Shown one piece after another: positions 32,061 to 44,882 of a stretch of 64,000 nucleotides of DNA. A program made the translations under genes and the position numbers. The number at the start of each line of letters is the position of its first letter. Within the stretch, counting starts at the first letter, position 1. The stretch is from Escherichia coli (GTDB lineage: Bacteria; Pseudomonadota; Gammaproteobacteria; Enterobacterales; Enterobacteriaceae): NCBI RefSeq assembly GCF_003334765.1, contig NZ_QOWT01000003.1. One strand, given 5' to 3'. Below the pieces are notes generated by a model. It ran no database searches, was not told where the DNA came from, and saw only the letters and a program-made list of their open reading frames with translations.

Positions 32061-34949
32061 ATGCCCCGCAGCACCTGGTTCAAAGCATTATTGTTGTTAG
32101 TTGCCCTTTGGGCACCCTTAAGTCAGGCAGAAACGGGATGGCAGCCGATTCAGGAAACCATCCGTAAAAGTGATAAAGATAACCGCCAGTATCAGGCTAT
32201 ACGTCTGGATAACGGTATGGTGGTCTTGCTGGTTTCTGATCCGCAGGCAGTTAAATCGCTCTCGGCGCTGGTGGTGCCCGTTGGGTCGCTGGAAGATCCC
32301 GAGGCGTACCAGGGGCTGGCACATTACCTTGAACATATGAGTCTGATGGGGTCGAAAAAGTACCCGCAGGCTGACAGTCTGGCCGAATATCTCAAAATGC
32401 ACGGCGGTAGTCACAATGCCAGCACTGCGCCGTATCGCACGGCTTTCTATCTGGAAGTTGAGAACGACGCCTTGCCTGGTGCGGTAGACCGCCTGGCCGA
32501 TGCTATTGCTGAACCTTTGCTCGACAAGAAATATGCCGAACGTGAGCGTAATGCGGTGAACGCTGAATTAACCATGGCGCGTACGCGTGACGGGATGCGC
32601 ATGGCACAGGTCAGCGCAGAAACCATTAACCCGGCACACCCCGGTTCAAAGTTTTCTGGTGGTAACCTCGAAACTTTAAGCGACAAACCTGGTAATCCGG
32701 TGCAGCAGGCGCTGAAAGATTTCCACGAGAAGTACTATTCCGCCAATTTGATGAAGGCGGTTATTTACAGTAATAAACCGCTGCCGGAGTTGGCAAAAAT
32801 GGCGGCGGACACCTTTGGTCGCGTGCCGAACAAAGAGAGCAAAAAACCGGAAATCACCGTGCCGGTAGTCACCGACGCGCAAAAGGGCATTATCATTCAT
32901 TACGTCCCTGCGCTGCCGCGTAAAGTGTTGCGCGTTGAGTTTCGCATCGATAACAACTCAGCGAAGTTCCGTAGTAAAACCGATGAATTGATTACCTATC
33001 TGATTGGCAATCGCAGCCCAGGTACACTTTCTGACTGGCTGCAAAAGCAGGGATTAGTTGAGGGCATTAGCGCCAACTCCGATCCTATCGTCAACGGCAA
33101 CAGCGGCGTATTAGCGATCTCTGCGTCTTTAACCGATAAAGGCTTGGCTAATCGCGATCAGGTTGTGGCGGCAATTTTTAGCTATCTCAATCTGTTACGT
33201 GAAAAAGGCATTGATAAACAATACTTCGATGAACTGGCGAATGTGCTGGATATCGACTTCCGTTATCCGTCGATCACCCGTGATATGGATTACGTCGAAT
33301 GGCTGGCAGATACCATGATTCGCGTTCCTGTTGAGCATACGCTGGATGCAGTCAATATTGCCGATCGGTACGATGCTAAAGCAGTAAAGGAACGTCTGGC
33401 GATGATGACGCCGCAGAATGCGCGTATCTGGTATATCAGCCCGAAAGAGCCGCACAACAAAACGGCTTACTTTGTCGATGCGCCGTATCAGGTCGATAAA
33501 ATCAGCGCACAAACTTTCGCCGACTGGCAGAAAAAAGCCGCCGACATTGCGCTCTCTTTGCCAGAGCTTAACCCTTATATTCCTGATGATTTCTCGCTGA
33601 TTAAGTCAGAGAAGAAATACGACCATCCAGAGCTGATTGTTGATGAGTCGAATCTGCGCGTGGTGTATGCGCCAAGCCGTTATTTTGCCAGCGAGCCCAA
33701 AGCTGATGTCAGCCTGATTTTGCGTAATCCGAAAGCCATGGACAGCGCCCGCAATCAGGTGATGTTTGCGCTCAATGATTATCTCGCAGGGCTGGCGCTT
33801 GATCAGTTAAGCAACCAGGCGTCGGTTGGTGGCATAAGTTTTTCCACCAACGCTAACAACGGCCTTATGGTTAATGCTAATGGTTACACCCAGCGTCTGC
33901 CGCAGCTGTTCCAGGCATTGCTCGAGGGGTACTTTAGCTATACCGCTACGGAAGATCAGCTTGAGCAGGCGAAGTCCTGGTATAACCAGATGATGGATTC
34001 CGCAGAAAAGGGTAAAGCGTTTGAGCAGGCGATTATGCCCGCGCAGATGCTCTCGCAAGTGCCGTACTTCTCGCGAGATGAACGGCGTAAAATTTTGCCC
34101 TCCATTACGTTGAAAGAGGTGCTGGCCTATCGCGACGCCTTAAAATCAGGGGCTCGACCAGAGTTTATGGTTATCGGCAACATGACCGAGGCCCAGGCAA
34201 CAACGCTGGCACGCGATGTGCAAAAACAGTTGGGCGCTGATGGTTCAGAGTGGTGTCGAAACAAAGATGTAGTGGTCGATAAAAAACAATCCGTCATCTT
34301 TGAAAAAGCCGGTAACAGCACCGACTCCGCACTGGCAGCGGTATTTGTACCGACTGGCTACGATGAATACACCAGCTCAGCCTATAGCTCTCTGTTGGGG
34401 CAGATCGTACAGCCGTGGTTCTACAATCAGTTGCGTACCGAAGAACAATTGGGCTATGCCGTGTTTGCGTTTCCAATGAGCGTGGGGCGTCAGTGGGGCA
34501 TGGGCTTCCTTTTGCAAAGCAATGATAAACAGCCTTCATTCTTGTGGGAGCGTTACAAGGCGTTTTTCCCAACCGCAGAGGCAAAATTGCGAGCGATGAA
34601 GCCAGATGAGTTTGCGCAAATCCAGCAGGCGGTAATTACCCAGATGCTGCAGGCACCGCAAACGCTCGGCGAAGAAGCATCGAAGTTAAGTAAAGATTTC
34701 GATCGCGGCAATATGCGCTTCGATTCGCGTGATAAAATCGTGGCCCAGATAAAACTGCTGACGCCGCAAAAACTTGCTGATTTCTTCCATCAGGCGGTGG
34801 TCGAGCCGCAAGGCATGGCTATTCTGTCGCAGATTTCCGGCAGCCAGAACGGGAAAGCCGAATATGTACACCCTGAAGGCTGGAAAGTGTGGGAGAACGT
34901 CAGCGCGTTGCAGCAAACAATGCCCCTGATGAGTGAAAAGAATGAGTGA
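32061..34949 (+). CDS. ptrA: protease III (pitrilysin) PtrA, M16 zinc metalloprotease
   Basis: 962 aa; signal peptide; inverted zinc motif HYLEHM. Confidence 0.95.
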   Translation: MPRSTWFKALLLLVALWAPLSQAETGWQPIQETIRKSDKDNRQYQAIRLDNGMVVLLVSDPQAVKSLSALVVPVGSLEDPEAYQGLAHYLEHMSLMGSKKYPQADSLAEYLKMHGGSHNASTAPYRTAFYLEVENDALPGAVDRLADAIAEPLLDKKYAERERNAVNAELTMARTRDGMRMAQVSAETINPAHPGSKFSGGNLETLSDKPGNPVQQALKDFHEKYYSANLMKAVIYSNKPLPELAKMAADTFGRVPNKESKKPEITVPVVTDAQKGIIIHYVPALPRKVLRVEFRIDNNSAKFRSKTDELITYLIGNRSPGTLSDWLQKQGLVEGISANSDPIVNGNSGVLAISASLTDKGLANRDQVVAAIFSYLNLLREKGIDKQYFDELANVLDIDFRYPSITRDMDYVEWLADTMIRVPVEHTLDAVNIADRYDAKAVKERLAMMTPQNARIWYISPKEPHNKTAYFVDAPYQVDKISAQTFADWQKKAADIALSLPELNPYIPDDFSLIKSEKKYDHPELIVDESNLRVVYAPSRYFASEPKADVSLILRNPKAMDSARNQVMFALNDYLAGLALDQLSNQASVGGISFSTNANNGLMVNANGYTQRLPQLFQALLEGYFSYTATEDQLEQAKSWYNQMMDSAEKGKAFEQAIMPAQMLSQVPYFSRDERRKILPSITLKEVLAYRDALKSGARPEFMVIGNMTEAQATTLARDVQKQLGADGSEWCRNKDVVVDKKQSVIFEKAGNSTDSALAAVFVPTGYDEYTSSAYSSLLGQIVQPWFYNQLRTEEQLGYAVFAFPMSVGRQWGMGFLLQSNDKQPSFLWERYKAFFPTAEAKLRAMKPDEFAQIQQAVITQMLQAPQTLGEEASKLSKDFDRGNMRFDSRDKIVAQIKLLTPQKLADFFHQAVVEPQGMAILSQISGSQNGKAEYVHPEGWKVWENVSALQQTMPLMSEKNE

Positions 34950-37900
34950 TGTCGCCGAGACACTAGATCCTTTGCGCTTGCCCTTACAGGGTGAGCGCCT
35001 GATTGAAGCCTCTGCCGGCACAGGCAAAACCTTTACGATTGCGGCGCTCTATTTGCGCCTGTTACTTGGACTAGGCGGTTCCGCCGCCTTTCCCCGCCCG
35101 CTGACCGTTGAAGAACTGCTGGTGGTCACCTTTACCGAGGCTGCCACGGCAGAATTGCGCGGTCGTATCCGTAGCAATATCCACGAGTTGCGCATCGCCT
35201 GTCTGCGTGAAACCACCGACAATCCACTGTACGAACGCCTGCTGGAAGAGATCGACGATAAAGCGCAAGCCGCGCAGTGGTTGTTGTTAGCCGAACGGCA
35301 GATGGATGAAGCGGCAGTCTTTACTATTCACGGCTTTTGCCAGCGCATGCTCAACCTGAATGCCTTTGAATCCGGCATGCTGTTTGAGCAGCAGCTGATT
35401 GAAGATGAGTCTCTGCTACGCTACCAGGCCTGCGCCGATTTCTGGCGTCGCCACTGCTACCCGCTGCCGCGTGAAATAGCCCAGGTCGTCTTTGAAACCT
35501 GGAAAGGGCCGCAGGCGTTGCTGCGCGATATTAATCGTTATCTGCAAGGCGAAGCGCCGGTTATCAAAGCACCGCCGCCCGATGATGAAACGCTGGCTTC
35601 CCGTCACGCGCAAATTGTGGCGCGTATTGATACGGTAAAACAGCAGTGGCGCGACGCAGTGGGTGAACTGGATGCGCTGATCGAATCTTCTGGTATTGAT
35701 CGACGCAAGTTTAACCGTAGCAATCAGGCTAAATGGATCGACAAGATCAGCGCCTGGGCAGAAGAAGAGACAAACAGTTATCAGTTGCCGGAGTCGCTGG
35801 AAAAATTCTCCCAGCGTTTCTTAGAAGATCGCACGAAGGCCGGGGGGGGAACCCCGCGACATCCACTGTTTGAGGCGATCGATCAACTGCTTGCAGAACC
35901 ATTGTCGATCCGCGATCTGGTGATCACCCGCGCATTGGCTGAGATCCGCGAAACAGTAGCGCGTGAAAAACGCCGCCGTGGCGAATTGGGTTTTGATGAC
36001 ATGTTAAGTCGGCTCGATTCCGCGCTGCGTAGCGAAAGCGGTGAGGTGTTGGCAGCGGCGATCCGTACGCGATTCCCGGTGGCAATGATCGATGAATTTC
36101 AGGATACCGACCCCCAGCAGTACCGAATTTTTCGCCGTATCTGGCACCATCAGCCGGAAACCGCATTGTTGCTAATTGGCGACCCGAAGCAGGCCATATA
36201 TGCATTCCGGGGTGCGGATATCTTCACTTATATGAAGGCGCGTAGCGAAGTTCACGCCCACTACACTTTAGACACCAACTGGCGTTCCGCACCAGGAATG
36301 GTGAACAGCGTGAATAAGCTTTTCAGCCAGACTGATGACGCGTTCATGTTTCGCGAAATACCGTTTATTCCAGTGAAATCAGCCGGGAAAAATCAGGCGT
36401 TACGTTTTGTATTTAAAGGTGAAACACAGCCTGCGATGAAAATGTGGCTGATGGAAGGCGAAAGCTGCGGCGTTGGCGATTATCAAAGTACCATGGCGCA
36501 GGTATGTGCTGCGCAAATCCGCGACTGGCTACAAGCCGGACAGCGGGGCGAAGCGTTGCTGATGAACGGCGACGACGCGCGTCCGGTGCGTGCTTCGGAC
36601 ATCAGTGTGCTGGTGCGCAGCCGCCAGGAGGCCGCCCAGGTGCGCGATGCCTTAACGTTGCTGGAAATCCCTTCCGTTTACCTTTCGAACCGCGACAGTG
36701 TTTTTGAAACTCTGGAAGCGCAGGAAATGCTTTGGTTGTTGCAGGCGGTGATGACGCCCGAACGTGAGAACACCCTGCGTAGTGCGCTGGCAACGTCAAT
36801 GATGGGGCTGAACGCGCTGGATATCGAAACGCTGAACAATGACGAACATGCGTGGGATGTGGTAGTCGAAGAGTTCGATGGTTATCGGCAAATCTGGCGC
36901 AAACGTGGCGTTATGCCGATGCTGCGGGCGCTGATGTCGGCGCGTAACATTGCTGAAAACTTGCTGGCAACGGCAGGCGGTGAGCGGCGTCTTACCGATA
37001 TCTTGCATATCAGCGAACTGCTACAAGAAGCCGGAACGCAGCTGGAAAGTGAACATGCGCTGGTACGCTGGTTATCGCAACATATCCTCGAGCCAGACAG
37101 TAATGCCTCCAGCCAACAAATGCGTCTCGAAAGTGATAAACATCTGGTGCAGATTGTCACGATCCACAAATCGAAAGGGCTGGAATATCCATTGGTCTGG
37201 CTGCCGTTTATCACCAATTTCCGCGTCCAGGAGCAGGCGTTTTATCACGATCGCCACTCGTTTGAGGCAGTTCTGGATCTTAATGCTGCGCCAGAAAGCG
37301 TCGACCTCGCGGAGGCCGAACGTCTGGCGGAAGATCTGCGTTTGCTTTACGTGGCGCTGACACGTTCGGTTTGGCATTGCAGTCTCGGCGTTGCACCGCT
37401 GGTGCGCCGTCGTGGCGATAAAAAAGGTGACACCGACGTCCACCAAAGTGCGCTCGGGCGTTTGCTGCAAAAAGGGGAACCGCAAGATGCGGCAGGGCTT
37501 CGCACCTGTATTGAAGCGTTATGCGATGATGATATTGCCTGGCAAACGGCACAAACTGGTGATAACCAACCCTGGCAGGTTAATGATGTTTCTACAGCAG
37601 AGCTGAATGCGAAGACGTTACAACGATTGCCCGGCGATAACTGGCGCGTCACCAGCTACTCTGGTTTGCAACAGCGTGGTCACGGTATCGCCCAGGATTT
37701 GATGCCTCGGCTGGATGTCGATGCTGCAGGCGTTGCCAGCGTCGTTGAAGAACCGACGTTAACACCACATCAGTTTCCGCGCGGTGCGTCACCGGGGACG
37801 TTCTTGCACAGTTTGTTTGAAGACCTGGATTTTACCCAGCCGGTTGACCCGAACTGGGTGCGGGAAAAACTGGAACTCGGCGGCTTTGAATCGCAGTGGG

Positions 37901-38484
37901 AACCGGTATTGACCGAGTGGATCACGGCTGTCCTCCAGGCACCTCTCAATGAAACCGGCGTAAGCCTGAGTCAACTTTCCGCCCGCAATAAACAGGTGGA
38001 GATGGAGTTTTATCTGCCGATTAGTGAACCGCTTATCGCCAGTCAGCTTGATACGTTAATCCGCCAGTTTGACCCGCTATCCGCAGGCTGCCCGCCGCTG
38101 GAGTTCATGCAGGTACGTGGCATGTTAAAAGGCTTTATCGACCTGGTGTTCCGCCACGAAGGGCGTTATTACCTGCTCGACTATAAATCCAACTGGTTGG
38201 GTGAAGACAGTTCGGCTTACACCCAACAGGCTATGGCAGCGGCAATGCAGGCACACCGCTATGATCTGCAATATCAGCTTTATACCCTGGCGCTGCATCG
38301 TTATCTGCGCCATCGCATTGCTGATTACGACTATGAGCACCACTTTGGCGGCGTTATTTATCTGTTCCTGCGTGGCGTTGATAAAGAACATCCGCAACAG
38401 GGGATTTACACAACCCGACCCAACGCCGGGTTGATTGCCCTGATGGATGAGATGTTTGCCGGTATGACCCTGGAGGAGGCGTAA
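34942..38484 (+). CDS. recB: exodeoxyribonuclease V beta subunit RecB (helicase-nuclease)
   Basis: [30 protein letters not shown] Walker A; 1180 aa from ATG 34942; overlaps the ptrA stop. Confidence 0.96.
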
Positions 38485-40310
38485 TGAAATTGCAAAAGCA
38501 ATTACTGGAAGCTGTGGAGCACAAACAGCTACGCCCGCTGGATGTGCAATTTGCCCTGACCGTGGCGGGAGATGAACATCCTGCCGTCACCCTCGCGGCG
38601 GCACTGTTAAGTCATGATGCCGGAGAGGGACACGTTTGTTTGCCGCTTTCACGACTGGAAAATAACGAGGCGTCGCATCCGCTGTTGGCGACCTGTGTCA
38701 GTGAAATCGGTGAGCTACAAAATTGGGAAGAATGCTTGCTGGCTTCTCAAGCGGTCAGCAGGGGAGATGAACCCACGCCGATGATCCTCTGTGGCGATCG
38801 TCTTTATTTGAATCGCATGTGGTGTAACGAGCGCACAGTGGCACGCTTTTTCAACGAAGTGAATCATGCCATTGAGGTTGATGAAGCTCTACTGGCGCAA
38901 ACCCTGGACAAACTTTTTCCAGTAAGCGATGAAATTAACTGGCAAAAAGTTGCGGCGGCAGTGGCGCTGACGCGGCGGATCTCGGTGATTTCCGGCGGCC
39001 CTGGCACCGGTAAAACGACCACCGTAGCGAAGTTGCTGGCAGCGTTAATTCAAATGGCCGACGGCGAACGCTGCCGTATCCGTCTGGCTGCACCAACGGG
39101 TAAAGCTGCCGCGCGCTTAACCGAATCTCTCGGCAAGGCTTTGCGACAGTTACCGCTGACCGATGAACAAAAGAAACGCATTCCGGAAGATGCCAGCACT
39201 TTGCACCGATTGCTGGGCGCGCAGCCGGGTAGCCAGCGTTTACGTCATCATGCCGGTAACCCGCTGCATCTTGATGTGCTGGTGGTAGATGAAGCGTCAA
39301 TGATCGATCTGCCTATGATGTCGAGACTGATCGACGCCTTGCCCGATCATGCGCGAGTGATCTTTCTCGGCGATCGTGATCAACTGGCCTCGGTTGAGGC
39401 TGGGGCTGTGCTGGGCGATATCTGCGCTTATGCCAACGCGGGCTTTACCGCCGAGCGTGCCAGGCAGCTAAGCCGCCTGACGGGGACTCACGTTCCGGCA
39501 GGAACCGGCACAGAAGCGGCATCTTTGCGCGACAGTCTCTGCCTGCTGCAAAAAAGCTATCGTTTCGGCAGCGATTCTGGCATTGGTCAGTTAGCTGCGG
39601 CGATCAACCGTGGTGATAAAACGGCAGTGAAAACCGTTTTTCAGCAGGATTTTACTGATATCGAAAAACGGCTTTTACAGAGCGGCGAAGATTATATTGC
39701 GATGCTTGAGGAAGCTCTTGCGGGTTACGGACGTTATCTGGATCTGCTGCAAGCGCGTGCCGAGCCGGATTTAATCATTCAGGCGTTCAATGAGTACCAG
39801 CTTTTGTGCGCCCTGCGGGAAGGGCCGTTTGGCGTGGCTGGACTGAATGAGCGAATTGAGCAGTTTATGCAACAGAAGCGCAAAATTCATCGTCATCCGC
39901 ACTCTCGTTGGTACGAAGGTCGACCGGTGATGATTGCCCGTAATGACAGCGCGCTTGGGTTGTTTAATGGCGATATCGGTATTGCGCTGGATCGCGGGCA
40001 GGGGACGCGCGTCTGGTTTGCGATGCCGGACGGCAATATTAAGTCTGTGCAACCGAGTCGCTTGCCAGAGCACGAAACTACGTGGGCGATGACGGTACAT
40101 AAATCGCAGGGATCGGAGTTCGACCATGCGGCGTTGATTTTGCCGAGCCAACGCACGCCGGTAGTAACGCGAGAGCTGGTTTATACCGCGGTGACCCGCG
40201 CGCGTCGCCGTCTGTCGCTGTATGCCGATGAGCGCATATTAAGTGCGGCAATCGCCACTCGTACTGAGCGGCGCAGTGGTCTGGCGGCGTTGTTTAGTTC
40301 ACGGGAATAA
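38484..40310 (+). CDS. recD: exodeoxyribonuclease V alpha subunit RecD
   Basis: 608 aa; Walker [11 protein letters not shown]; start overlaps the recB stop (TAATG). Confidence 0.96.
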
Positions 40311-40321
40311 ACGTAATTGCC

Positions 40322-40356
40322 GGATGCGACGTACGAGTGTTACGCATGTCGCATCC
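40322..40356. terminator. REP-like hairpin between convergent recD and argA
   Basis: ggatgcgac...gtcgcatcc perfect 9-bp inverted repeat. Confidence 0.5.
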
Positions 40357-40371
40357 GACGATTTTCATCGC

Positions 40372-41703
40372 TTACCCTAAATCCGCCATCAACACTTTGG
40401 ATTTACGCTGGTAGTTGTACAACTGCTTTTTGCTCTCGGGCAGTAAATCAATATCCACTGGGGTAAATCCACGTTCCTGGAACCAGTGAATACTGCGCGT
40501 GGTCAGCACAAACAATTTGCTTAAGCCGCTCTGCTTCGCCTGAGCGGCAATGCGTTCCAGCAGAACTTCACCCCTTGATGAACTGCGGTAATCCGGGTGA
40601 ACTGCCACACAGGCCATTTCCCCAATCTTCTCTTCCGGGAACGGATAGAGCGCGGCGCAGGCAATAGTCGTGTTATCGCGCTGAATAATGGTGAATTTGT
40701 CGATTTCCATCTCCAGCTGCTCGCGAGAACGGCGTACCAGAATACCTTGCTGCTCCAGTGGGCGAATCAACTCCAGAATACCGCCAATATCGTTGATTGT
40801 TGCGCGACGAATCTGCTCGGCGCTTTCCATCACAATCTGCGTACCGATACCGTCGCGTGAGAACAACTCTTGCAACAGCGCGCCATCTTCCTGATAACTG
40901 ATTAAATGACAGCGACGCACGCCGCTGCGGCAGGCTTTCACTGCGCCACGCAAAAAGCGCACCGTACCGGAGTTGTAATCGCCTTTCTCTTCCTGGGCTT
41001 CTACCCGCGCTTGCGCTTCGTTAGGGAAAAGTTCGGAGACAATATCACCGTCGTCATTAGTGACGCCCTGGGAAGAGCAAAAACCAATCATCTTTTCAGC
41101 TTTCAGTTTGATGGCCAGTTGAGTGGCAATCTCTTCCGAGGTCAGGTTAAAGCTCTCGCCAGTGACTGAAACAGCGACCGGCCCCATTAGCACTATTGCA
41201 CCGCTGTCCAGTTGACGATGGATCGCGTCTTCATCAATCCGCCGGATACGCCCGCTATGGCAGTAATCCACGCCGTCATCGACGCCCAGCGGCTGGGCAA
41301 TAATAAAATTGCCACTGACGACGTTGATATGCGCGCCCTGCAGCGGCGTGTTATTGAGACTCATCGACAGGCGAGCAGTAATATCCAGTTGCAATGTTCC
41401 CGCAGCCTGCTTCACCAGTTCCAGTGTTTTGGCGTCGGTCACACGTATATTCTTGTGATACAGCGGTTCGTGGTGATGCGCAGCCAGATTTGCGTCGATC
41501 TGCGGACGTGCGCCATAGACCACCACCAGACGGATGCCGAGGCTGTGCAACAACCCGATATCATTAACGATACTGGAGAAATTCTCATGCTCAATGGCTT
41601 CACCGCCGAGCATGATGACAAACGTTTTTCCCCGGTGGGTATTGATATAGGGAACCGAATGGCGGAATCCCTCGACCAACTCGGTTTTACGTTCCTTTAC
41701 CAC
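40372..41703 (-). CDS. argA: N-acetylglutamate synthase ArgA
   Basis: 443 aa from GTG at 41703 ([34 protein letters not shown]); track ORF extends to 41769. Confidence 0.93.
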   Translation of the reverse strand: MVKERKTELVEGFRHSVPYINTHRGKTFVIMLGGEAIEHENFSSIVNDIGLLHSLGIRLVVVYGARPQIDANLAAHHHEPLYHKNIRVTDAKTLELVKQAAGTLQLDITARLSMSLNNTPLQGAHINVVSGNFIIAQPLGVDDGVDYCHSGRIRRIDEDAIHRQLDSGAIVLMGPVAVSVTGESFNLTSEEIATQLAIKLKAEKMIGFCSSQGVTNDDGDIVSELFPNEAQARVEAQEEKGDYNSGTVRFLRGAVKACRSGVRRCHLISYQEDGALLQELFSRDGIGTQIVMESAEQIRRATINDIGGILELIRPLEQQGILVRRSREQLEMEIDKFTIIQRDNTTIACAALYPFPEEKIGEMACVAVHPDYRSSSRGEVLLERIAAQAKQSGLSKLFVLTTRSIHWFQERGFTPVDIDLLPESKKQLYNYQRKSKVLMADLG

Positions 41704-41934
41704 GGCACACCTCTTTGCATGATTATTCGAAATTAGTGTATTTTTATTCTGTTTTTTCGCAGGGTGCAAGTGTAAATTTTATGCGAGAGCGACTTTTTTA
41801 TCAGTAATGCCGTGAATATAAAAAGAATGTTTACCGTTTATTAGATGACAGATTATGCGTCTTTCGCTAAAGTTTCCGGTCAAATTAGTCGTTTACTTGT
41901 TACACAGCTTAGATTTCTTTTGCTCGGGAGAGGC

Positions 41935-43188
41935 ATGTCAGGATCCAACACTGCAATCAGCCGTCGTCGTTTACTGCAAGGCGCGGGTGCCATGTGGCTA
42001 TTGAGCGTAAGTCAGGTCAGTCTGGCTGCGGTCAGCCAGGTCGTGGCGGTGCGCGTCTGGCCTGCGTCCAGCTACACCCGCGTGACGGTGGAATCAAATC
42101 GTCAGCTGAAATATAAGCAGTTCGCGTTGAGTAACCCTGAACGCGTGGTGGTGGATATCGAAGATGTAAACCTGAACTCGGTACTCAAGGGGATGGCGGC
42201 ACAAATTCGTGCAGACGACCCGTTCATCAAGTCGGCGCGCGTCGGGCAATTTGACCCGCAAACCGTACGGATGGTTTTTGAATTAAAGCAAAACGTAAAA
42301 CCGCAGCTGTTTGCCCTTGCGCCGGTCGCCGGGTTTAAAGAGCGTCTGGTGATGGACCTCTATCCGGCCAATGCACAGGATATGCAGGACCCGCTGCTGG
42401 CGCTGCTGGAGGATTACAACAAAGGCGACCTCGAAAAGCAGGTGCCGCCAGCGCAAAGTGGTCCACAACCGGGTAAAGCAGGGCGCGATCGTCCGATTGT
42501 CATTATGCTTGACCCTGGCCACGGTGGCGAAGACTCCGGTGCGGTGGGGAAATACAAAACGCGCGAAAAAGATGTGGTATTGCAAATAGCTCGCCGTTTG
42601 CGCTCTCTGATCGAGAAAGAGGGCAATATGAAGGTGTACATGACGCGCAATGAAGACATCTTCATTCCATTGCAAGTGCGCGTAGCAAAAGCCCAGAAAC
42701 AGCGTGCTGACCTGTTTGTCTCTATCCATGCCGACGCCTTTACCAGTCGTCAGCCGAGCGGTTCCTCTGTGTTTGCGCTCTCAACCAAAGGTGCAACCAG
42801 TACTGCGGCAAAATATCTGGCACAAACCCAGAACGCCTCGGACTTGATTGGTGGCGTGAGCAAAAGCGGTGACCGCTATGTCGACCACACCATGTTCGAT
42901 ATGGTACAGTCGCTGACCATTGCCGACAGCCTGAAGTTTGGTAAAGCGGTACTGAATAAGCTCGGTAAAATCAACAAGCTGCATAAAAATCAAGTTGAAC
43001 AGGCCGGGTTTGCCGTACTAAAGGCACCAGATATTCCCTCCATTCTGGTCGAAACGGCGTTTATCAGTAACGTTGAGGAAGAGCGTAAACTGAAAACGGC
43101 GACTTTCCAGCAGGAAGTTGCGGAGTCTATTCTTGCGGGGATTAAAGCGTATTTTGCCGATGGGGCGACGCTGGCGAGAAGGGGATGA
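41935..43188 (+). CDS. amiC: N-acetylmuramoyl-L-alanine amidase AmiC
   Basis: 417 aa from ATG 41935; Tat signal [10 protein letters not shown]; amidase_3 domain. Confidence 0.93.
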
Positions 43189-43261
43189 TAAAAAGGCGCT
43201 GAATGGCGCTTTTTTATGGGAGACCAGAAACAAAAAAACACCCGTTAGGGTGTTCAATAAT

Positions 43262-43338
<77 letters not shown>

Positions 43339-43351
43339 TCCGTGGATGCGC

Positions 43352-43379
43352 ACTATACTCCGCTCGCGTTTTCATGCAA
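43352..43379 (-). promoter_or_regulatory. near-consensus sigma-70 promoter for the tRNA-fMet gene
   Basis: On the minus strand TTGCAT-16 nt-TATAGT followed by a GC-rich discriminator just upstream of the tRNA 5' end. Confidence 0.55.
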
Positions 43380-43546
43380 CCTTTTTTTTACCCCGATCAC
43401 GGATTTGGCATGATTTTGAACAAAAACAAATCACTAAAGCCTATTTTTTGTGCAAAATTTGCGTCAGGGAGAGGCTGCTCATTTCATTAAACGCGGCGGT
43501 TTGTTATCTTCGTTGCGCCTTATTTTTTAACCTGAAGAAGAGAACA

Positions 43547-44644
43547 ATGAAAGGACGTTGGGTAAAGTACCTTCTTATGGGCACGGTTGTGGCAATGCTT
43601 GCCGCCTGCTCTTCCAAACCAACCGATCGCGGACAGCAATATAAAGACGGGAAATTTACCCAGCCTTTCTCTCTGGTGAACCAGCCAGATGCCGTTGGCG
43701 CGCCGATTAACGCCGGTGATTTTGCCGAGCAAATTAACCATATCCGTAATTCGTCACCGCGTCTGTATGGCAACCAGAGTAATGTTTATAACGCGGTGCA
43801 AGAGTGGCTGCGCGCAGGCGGTGATACCCGCAATATGCGCCAGTTCGGCATTGATGCCTGGCAGATGGAAGGTGCCGACAACTATGGTAACGTGCAGTTT
43901 ACCGGTTATTACACGCCGGTAATTCAGGCGCGCCATACCCGCCAGGGCGAGTTCCAGTATCCTATTTACCGTATGCCGCCAAAACGTGGTCGTCTGCCGT
44001 CTCGTGCGGAGATCTACGCGGGGGCATTGAGTGATAAATATATTCTCGCTTACAGTAACTCCCTGATGGATAACTTCATTATGGATGTGCAGGGTAGTGG
44101 GTATATCGACTTTGGTGATGGCAGTCCGCTTAACTTTTTCAGCTATGCAGGGAAAAACGGTCATGCCTATCGCAGCATTGGTAAGGTGCTGATCGACCGT
44201 GGCGAAGTGAAAAAAGAAGATATGTCGATGCAGGCGATTCGTCACTGGGGCGAAACACACAGTGAAGCCGAGGTTCGCGAGCTGCTGGAACAGAACCCGT
44301 CTTTCGTCTTCTTTAAACCGCAATCTTTTGCTCCGGTGAAAGGGGCAAGTGCGGTGCCGCTGGTTGGTCGCGCGTCAGTTGCCTCTGATCGTTCCATTAT
44401 TCCGCCAGGTACTACCTTGCTGGCAGAAGTGCCGTTGCTGGATAATAACGGCAAATTTAATGGTCAGTACGAACTGCGTCTGATGGTGGCGCTGGATGTC
44501 GGTGGTGCAATCAAAGGCCAACACTTCGATATCTATCAAGGGATCGGGCCGGAAGCCGGACACCGCGCAGGTTGGTACAACCACTATGGACGTGTCTGGG
44601 TGCTGAAAACCGCCCCGGGCGCAGGTAACGTCTTTAGCGGCTGA
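43547..44644 (+). CDS. mltA: membrane-bound lytic murein transglycosylase A (MltA)
   Basis: 365 aa from ATG 43547; lipoprotein signal LLMGTVVAMLAACSS; the 508-aa track ORF reads through the tRNA and is an artefact. Confidence 0.93.
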   Translation: MKGRWVKYLLMGTVVAMLAACSSKPTDRGQQYKDGKFTQPFSLVNQPDAVGAPINAGDFAEQINHIRNSSPRLYGNQSNVYNAVQEWLRAGGDTRNMRQFGIDAWQMEGADNYGNVQFTGYYTPVIQARHTRQGEFQYPIYRMPPKRGRLPSRAEIYAGALSDKYILAYSNSLMDNFIMDVQGSGYIDFGDGSPLNFFSYAGKNGHAYRSIGKVLIDRGEVKKEDMSMQAIRHWGETHSEAEVRELLEQNPSFVFFKPQSFAPVKGASAVPLVGRASVASDRSIIPPGTTLLAEVPLLDNNGKFNGQYELRLMVALDVGGAIKGQHFDIYQGIGPEAGHRAGWYNHYGRVWVLKTAPGAGNVFSG

Positions 44645-44680
44645 TGTGATATTCTGTATGCCGTTTTTACGGATATGACA

Positions 44681-44862
44681 GGGTGAGGGGTAACCTCACA
44701 TCCTGATTATTGACTAAGTGCGCGTTGTTCATGCCGGATGCGGCGTGAACGCCTTATCCGGCCTACAAATCATGCAAATCCAAAATATTGCAGGAGTTAT
44801 GTAGGCCTGATAAGCGTAGCGCATCAGGCATTTATGCGTTTAGGGTGAGGGATAACCTCGCC
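44681..44862. repeat. REP/BIME cluster between mltA and tcdA
   Basis: Two REP palindromes (gccggatgcggcgtgaacgccttatccggcctac at about 44733-44766; gtaggcctgataagcgtagcgcatcaggca at 44801-44830) flanked by direct repeats GGGTGAGGG(G/A)TAACCTC at about 44681 and 44843. Confidence 0.7.
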
Positions 44863-44882
44863 CTTTTTAATTCTGAGGTGCT

